Below, one piece after another: positions 51,205 through 56,364 of a stretch of DNA of 56,364 nt (position 1 is the first letter of the stretch; the number at the start of each line of letters is the position of its first letter). Made by a program: the position numbers and the translations under genes. Source of the DNA: Octopus bimaculoides (Eukaryota); NCBI RefSeq assembly GCF_001194135.2, contig NC_068981.1, positions 183,014,536-183,070,899 on the forward strand, read 5' to 3'. Under the pieces are notes generated by a model. It was not told the DNA's origin, did no database searches, and saw nothing but the letters and a program-made list of their open reading frames with translations.

Positions 51205-51543
51205 TTAGAAGTGAAGGTGTGTGGCTCAGCAGTTAGAGCGTCGGGCTCACAATCATGAGGTAGTGAGTTCGATTCCTGGACAGGGCCGTGTGGTGTGTTC
51301 TTGAGCAAGATACTTTACTTCACGTTGCTCCAGTTCACTCAACTATAAAAATGACTTGCGACGTCACTGGTGCCAAGCTGAATCGGCTTTTGCCTTTCCC
51401 TTGGATGACATCGGTGGTGTGGAGAGGGGTATGCATGGGCGACTACGGGTCTTCCATAGACGACCGTACCTGGACTTGTGCCTCGTAAGGTAACATGCAA
51501 GGTACAATCTCATGGTCATTTATGACCGGAGGGGGTCTTTATC

Positions 51544-51545
<2 letters not shown>
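51205..51545 (+). mobile_element. SINE group C, alternative tail
   Basis: gagttcgattcc B-box, gtgttcttgagcaagatactttacttcacgttgctccagttcactca core, tail gacgtcactggtgccaagc. Confidence 0.8.
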
Positions 51546-51587
<42 letters not shown>

Positions 51588-51980
51588 NNNNNNNNNNNNN
51601 NNNNNNNNNNNNNNNNNNNNNNNNNNNNNNNNNNNNNNNNNNNNNNNNNNNNNNNNNNNNNNNNNNNNNNNNNNNNNNNNNNNNNNNNNNNNNNNNNNNN
51701 NNNNNNNNNNNNNNNNNNNNNNNNNNNNNNNNNNNNNNNNNNNNNNNNNNNNNNNNNNNNNNNNNNNNNNNNNNNNNNNNNNNNNNNNNNNNNNNNNNNN
51801 NNNNNNNNNNNNNNNNNNNNNNNNNNNNNNNNNNNNNNNNNNNNNNNNNNNNNNNNNNNNNNNNNNNNNNNNNNNNNNNNNNNNNNNNNNNNNNNNNNNN
51901 NNNNNNNNNNNNNNNNNNNNNNNNNNNNNNNNNNNNNNNNNNNNNNNNNNNNNNNNNNNNNNNNNNNNNNNNNNNNNNNN

Positions 51981-52042
<62 letters not shown>

Positions 52043-52414
52043 CATGTGTGTTGGTGCATAAGGAACATCTATAACAAGACCACGTTGAAGGAAATTCGCT
52101 AATCTCATAATTTTATCAGAGAAAAAAAAAATCTCGAATCCAAGGAAATCAGTTATGATCTTTGTTGTGAACAGACCTTATCGGAATATCTAAGCTGATC
52201 TTATTTTACGAATTACAATGGCATTAATTTCCCGTCGCATCACAATGCTTTTCGTAGATTTACTTTTGACTTTAGCCTTCTGTTTTTTCTCCTTATATTG
52301 TCATATGACTATAAATGATTAGGTTGGGAGAGAGAAAAAGAGAGAGAGAGAGAGAGAGAGAGAGTGATACATAGAAGAATAAATAGATAGATAGATAAAT
52401 AGATAGATAGATAA

Positions 52415-52445
<31 letters not shown>

Positions 52446-52587
52446 GATAGACAGATAGATGCAGATAAATGCAAAAATATACACATACGCACACATTTAT
52501 ATATATATATATATATATATTTGTATATACATGCGCAAAACACACATATATACATAAATACACCAGCATACACTTACACACATACAC

Positions 52588-52626
<39 letters not shown>

Positions 52627-53310
52627 TAGATTCATAAGCACATACATAGATTCATATATATATATATANNNNNNNNNNNNNNNNNNNNNNNNNNNNNNNN
52701 NNNNNNNNNNNNNNNNNNNNNNNNNNNNNNNNNNNNNNNNNNNNNNNNNNNNNNNNNNNNNNNNNNNNNNNNNNNNNNNNNNNNNNNNNNNNNNNNNNNN
52801 NNNNNNNNNNNNNNNNNNNNNNNNNNNNNNNNNNNNNNNNNNNNNNNNNNNNNNNNNNNNNNNNNNNNNNNNNNNNNNNNNNNNNNNNNNNNNNNNNNNN
52901 NNNNNNNNNNNNNNNNNNNNNNNNNNNNNNNNNNNNNNNNNNNNNNNNNNNNNNNNNNNNNNNNNNNNNNNNNNNNNNNNNNNNNNNNNNNNNNNNNNNN
53001 NNNNNNNNNNNNNNNNNNNNNNNNNNNNNNNNNNNNNNNNNNNNNNNNNNNNNNNNNNNNNNNNNNNNNNNNNNNNNNNNNNNNNNNNNNNNNNNNNNNN
53101 NNNNNNNNNNNNNNNNNNNNNNNNNNNNNNNNNNNNNNNNNNNNNNNNNNNNNNNNNNNNNNNNATGGTTAGTTTTCATTGTTGTTTTTCTTCTTGTTTT
53201 TGCCTTTGTGAGTTACAAGTGATGCTATCTGTTGGAGTCTCAGCTTTTTTAGCTGCTATTTCTGAACTTCGGTATGTGGTGAAGCAAATATTTGCTGATC
53301 CCTTAATTAT

Positions 53311-53347
<37 letters not shown>

Positions 53348-53409
53348 CACAAATACATACACAAGTGTATATGCATTTCTTTCAAGTGTAAACACTTTTG
53401 ATAAATATC

Positions 53410-53447
<38 letters not shown>

Positions 53448-53838
53448 TGACTTTTACGAACAGCGTTATCGGCTTTTATTTATGTTTTTTATATTCTGTG
53501 TCCTGCGGATCTTCAGCCGAAACGAAGTAACATTACGATCTTCTGGATACAACAGCCAAACTTCCCTTCAGTTACTCCCTGTCATCTTAAACGAAGCAGA
53601 ATATATTGAATAACGATGTTTCTGGATGTGTTATGTCTGAAAGAAATCGACCGGATCGTCACAGTTGGAACACCTTAGATGAAAGATTTGCTCGTTCAGA
53701 ATTGGTTTACGATGAAGCACTAATACACAGTTTTGTTTTGTTGGAGTATCTTGCTCACAAACTTCTCTTTTTATAATACACACACACACACGAGCACAAA
53801 TACACACACACACACACATACACACATATGCACACACG

Positions 53839-53925
<87 letters not shown>

Positions 53926-53959
53926 TATTTGCAAACAATTGACAGATGAAAGCGCTACC

Positions 53960-54250
53960 AACTGAAAGCACCGCATACCAGACACTAGCGGGTTTATGGA
54001 ATCATCAAGAGAGAATGCGCACCGTTTCAAGGCCTTCTTGACACCGGCTCCGCTCACTGAGATGTGGTCCCGCTTTCTAGATCAACTGATTTCTATATGT
54101 GTACGGAACCCATCCACGGATTTAGTGTATAGAATTGTGATAAACCATAACCTTGGACCCTGTCATAGGAATACTTGGAATTCTTCTCTAATCTGTGCCA
54201 ACAGATACCTTATGAAGTATTTTACCTGGATTGGTAATGCTTCACTATTA

Positions 54251-54329
<79 letters not shown>

Positions 54330-54490
54330 GCATCGGTACCATTTTCCTCTTTCTCCGTTCATCCATTCTCCGAACTTTCCATCTTTCCGACGAAGGGCTA
54401 CGCCCAAAACGTCATACACTCTCTCTTTCCTTTCCTGAGCGTCCAATAATACTATCCATATCACGTCCTCACTTTGTTGTTTTTTTGTTT
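53960..54490 (+). mobile_element. PLE 3' remnant: possible GIY-YIG fragment plus pseudo-LTR with decayed hammerhead (54383-54418)
   Basis: ccgacga-a-gggc(tac)gccc-aaaa-cgtca, then ctttcctttcctgagcgtccaataatact (same family as 8680-8810); the upstream protein similarity is weak. Confidence 0.45.
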
Positions 54491-54813
54491 TNNNNNNNNN
54501 NNNNNNNNNNNNNNNNNNNNNNNNNNNNNNNNNNNNNNNNNNNNNNNNNNNNNNNNNNNNNNNNNNNNNNNNNNNNNNNNNNNNNNNNNNNNNNNNNNNN
54601 NNNNNNNNNNNNNNNNNNNNNNNNNNNNNNNNNNNNNNNNNNNNNNNNNNNNNNNNNNNNNNNNNNNNNNNNNNNNNNNNNNNNTATATATATATATATA
54701 TATATATTGTATTATAAATATATATGTATGAGTGCGCGCGTGTGTGCGTGCCTGCGTACGTGTGTGTGTGAGTGTGTGTGTGTGCATTTGCATATATGTA
54801 TGTATCGTTAAGT

Positions 54814-55074
54814 TAGTGTTTAGCGCCACTTTAAACTGGGCGTTCTCTAAGAGACGACAACACTGTTATACCTGGACGAGATCCAATAAGATCGAAATCA
54901 CGTAGTCTGGTGGTCTCGAAGCTAGGGTGGTAGGAGCTATCTCCCGCTTGTAATAGATATCGAGTGTGGAAAGCTCACTGAATAAACCAGCTGAAAGAGA
55001 TGTCTTCCTGGGGTTAAAATAGCAGTATTGTCGTCTCTTAGAAAGTACCCACACTAAAGTGGTGGTAAACACTA
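54814..55074. mobile_element. Element with about 55-bp imperfect terminal inverted repeats
   Basis: tagtgtttagcgccacttta..tctaagagacgacaacactg / cagtattgtcgtctcttaga..taaagtggtggtaaacacta. Confidence 0.75.
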
Positions 55075-55417
55075 CCTTGTTTGGTTCGTATACTGCTCTT
55101 ATTTCGAACAGAGATTTTCTAACGGACTAAAATAGTAATGTTCGGTATAAAGCATAGTTTAAAAGCTTAAAATATAAAAAAAAAACAATTAAGCTAACAG
55201 GTTTACTGCTCATAGACAGATTCAGAGTTTCCTACTGAAAATACGGTGTTTCACAAACTCATAGCAGCATTGCTGACTAGATAAATGTAATTGAGGAAAA
55301 TCCCCTGGTTTTATCACAAAACATAGTGACTGCCAAGAAGTAGTTTGTCATCTTGTATTTTTTGCACACACACACACGCACACAACAGAAAAACAAAATC
55401 AATACAAAATAGAGTCA

Positions 55418-55620
55418 GAGAGGACGCTCATGCGTGATCGCTCGACCTTTTAGAAATAGCAGCCAAATCTCCCTCAAGTGACACGCAAGCGCCTTAAAGA
55501 AAAGAAACCTATCTCGGATAAAACAGTCCGAGGTACATAAGGCGTGATGGGCATAAGTGGAATTCTTTAGATTACATTTCTCGATCAAGGTCGACATGGA
55601 GCTGAACAATAATAAAAAAT
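55418..55620 (+). mobile_element. SINE-like repeat, group D
   Basis: gatcgctcgacc..tagaaatagcagccaaatctccctca..ctcgatcaaggtcgac..gctgaacaat. Confidence 0.6.
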
Positions 55621-55984
55621 ATCAAAAACTGTAAATAGACAAAAAATATTTTAAAAAGAGAAAAAGATGGTGTGGGAGAAGTAAGAGATCCTGAAACAGC
55701 CTGGTTTATAGTTACCATATTTTCTCATTTTTAGTGTCTTGTGTTCCAGCTGCTGTCATTCTTCTTCTTGACTTGCTGCTATAATTAGCAGTACCAGCGT
55801 TTCACTGATCCAAACGATAAGCTAAGATCCCCGAAGACAAGATTCCAAGAAACATGAAATACATTACCATTCTTCAAGACTAACGTGTTATATCATCATC
55901 GTATTAGTATTATTATCATTTCTGTTTTTCTTTGCTTTTTCTGTTTTGGTTATCAAATCAGTTTATGCCAGTCTTGCATTTCTA

Positions 55985-56300
55985 GCTTCATCATCATCAT
56001 CACTACCACCATCATCATCATCGTCACCACCACCACCACCACTACCAGGATCATCATCATCATCATCATCAATTTCTTCTTCTTCTTCTTCTTCTTCTTC
56101 TTCTTCTTCTTCTTCTTCTTCTTCTTCTTCTCCTCCTCCTCCTCCTCATTCTTCTTCTTCTTCTTCTTCTTCTTCTTCTTCTTCTTCTTCTTCTTCTTCT
56201 TCTTCTTCTTCTTCTTCTTCTTCTGTTTTTCATTTTCTCTCCTCTCTGTCCACTATTACCTTCCATTTTCCTCTTTCATTCCTAGTTTCTTTTATGTCAT

Positions 56301-56364
<64 letters not shown>
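55985..56364. repeat. (CAT)n/(CAC)n/(TTC)n then terminal (TG)n
   Basis: Explains the poly-S/P and poly-R ORFs. Confidence 0.95.

Noticed and set aside
55828-55862. ccgaaga..gaaacatg hammerhead-like string
   Set aside because: Core mutated and no stem II or stem I pairing.
55946-56302. Ser/Pro-rich and poly-Arg ORFs
   Set aside because: Trinucleotide microsatellites.

Overview
Eukaryotic genomic DNA that is AT-rich, packed with microsatellites and SINEs, and about 10% N gaps. The repeat families look like those of Octopus (coleoid cephalopod); this is recognition from memory, not a database result. I can support no intact protein-coding gene. Nearly all ORFs in the track are translations of microsatellites, N-runs or decayed transposons. 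The window holds about 40 tRNA-derived SINE copies of four recognisable groups (my labels A-D), two mariner relics and one Tc1 relic, and several TA- or 8-bp-TSD MITEs. It also holds three CR1-group LINE fragments, an RTE LINE fragment and Penelope-like (PLE) retroelement remnants. The most interesting unannotated signal is a set of minimal type I hammerhead ribozyme motifs. Two have intact cores (780-824 +, 10782-10829 -) and share an unusual A·A at the base of stem II and a palindromic stem III; several more are decayed. Also notable are a 117-bp near-perfect fold-back (24834-24950), a long-TIR element containing a hammerhead-like motif (54814-55074), a SINE whose Pol III B-box is tandemly amplified (17487-17662), and weak hints of the 5' end of a + strand host gene (20030-20360, 24317-24474). 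Boundaries of decayed elements are approximate.
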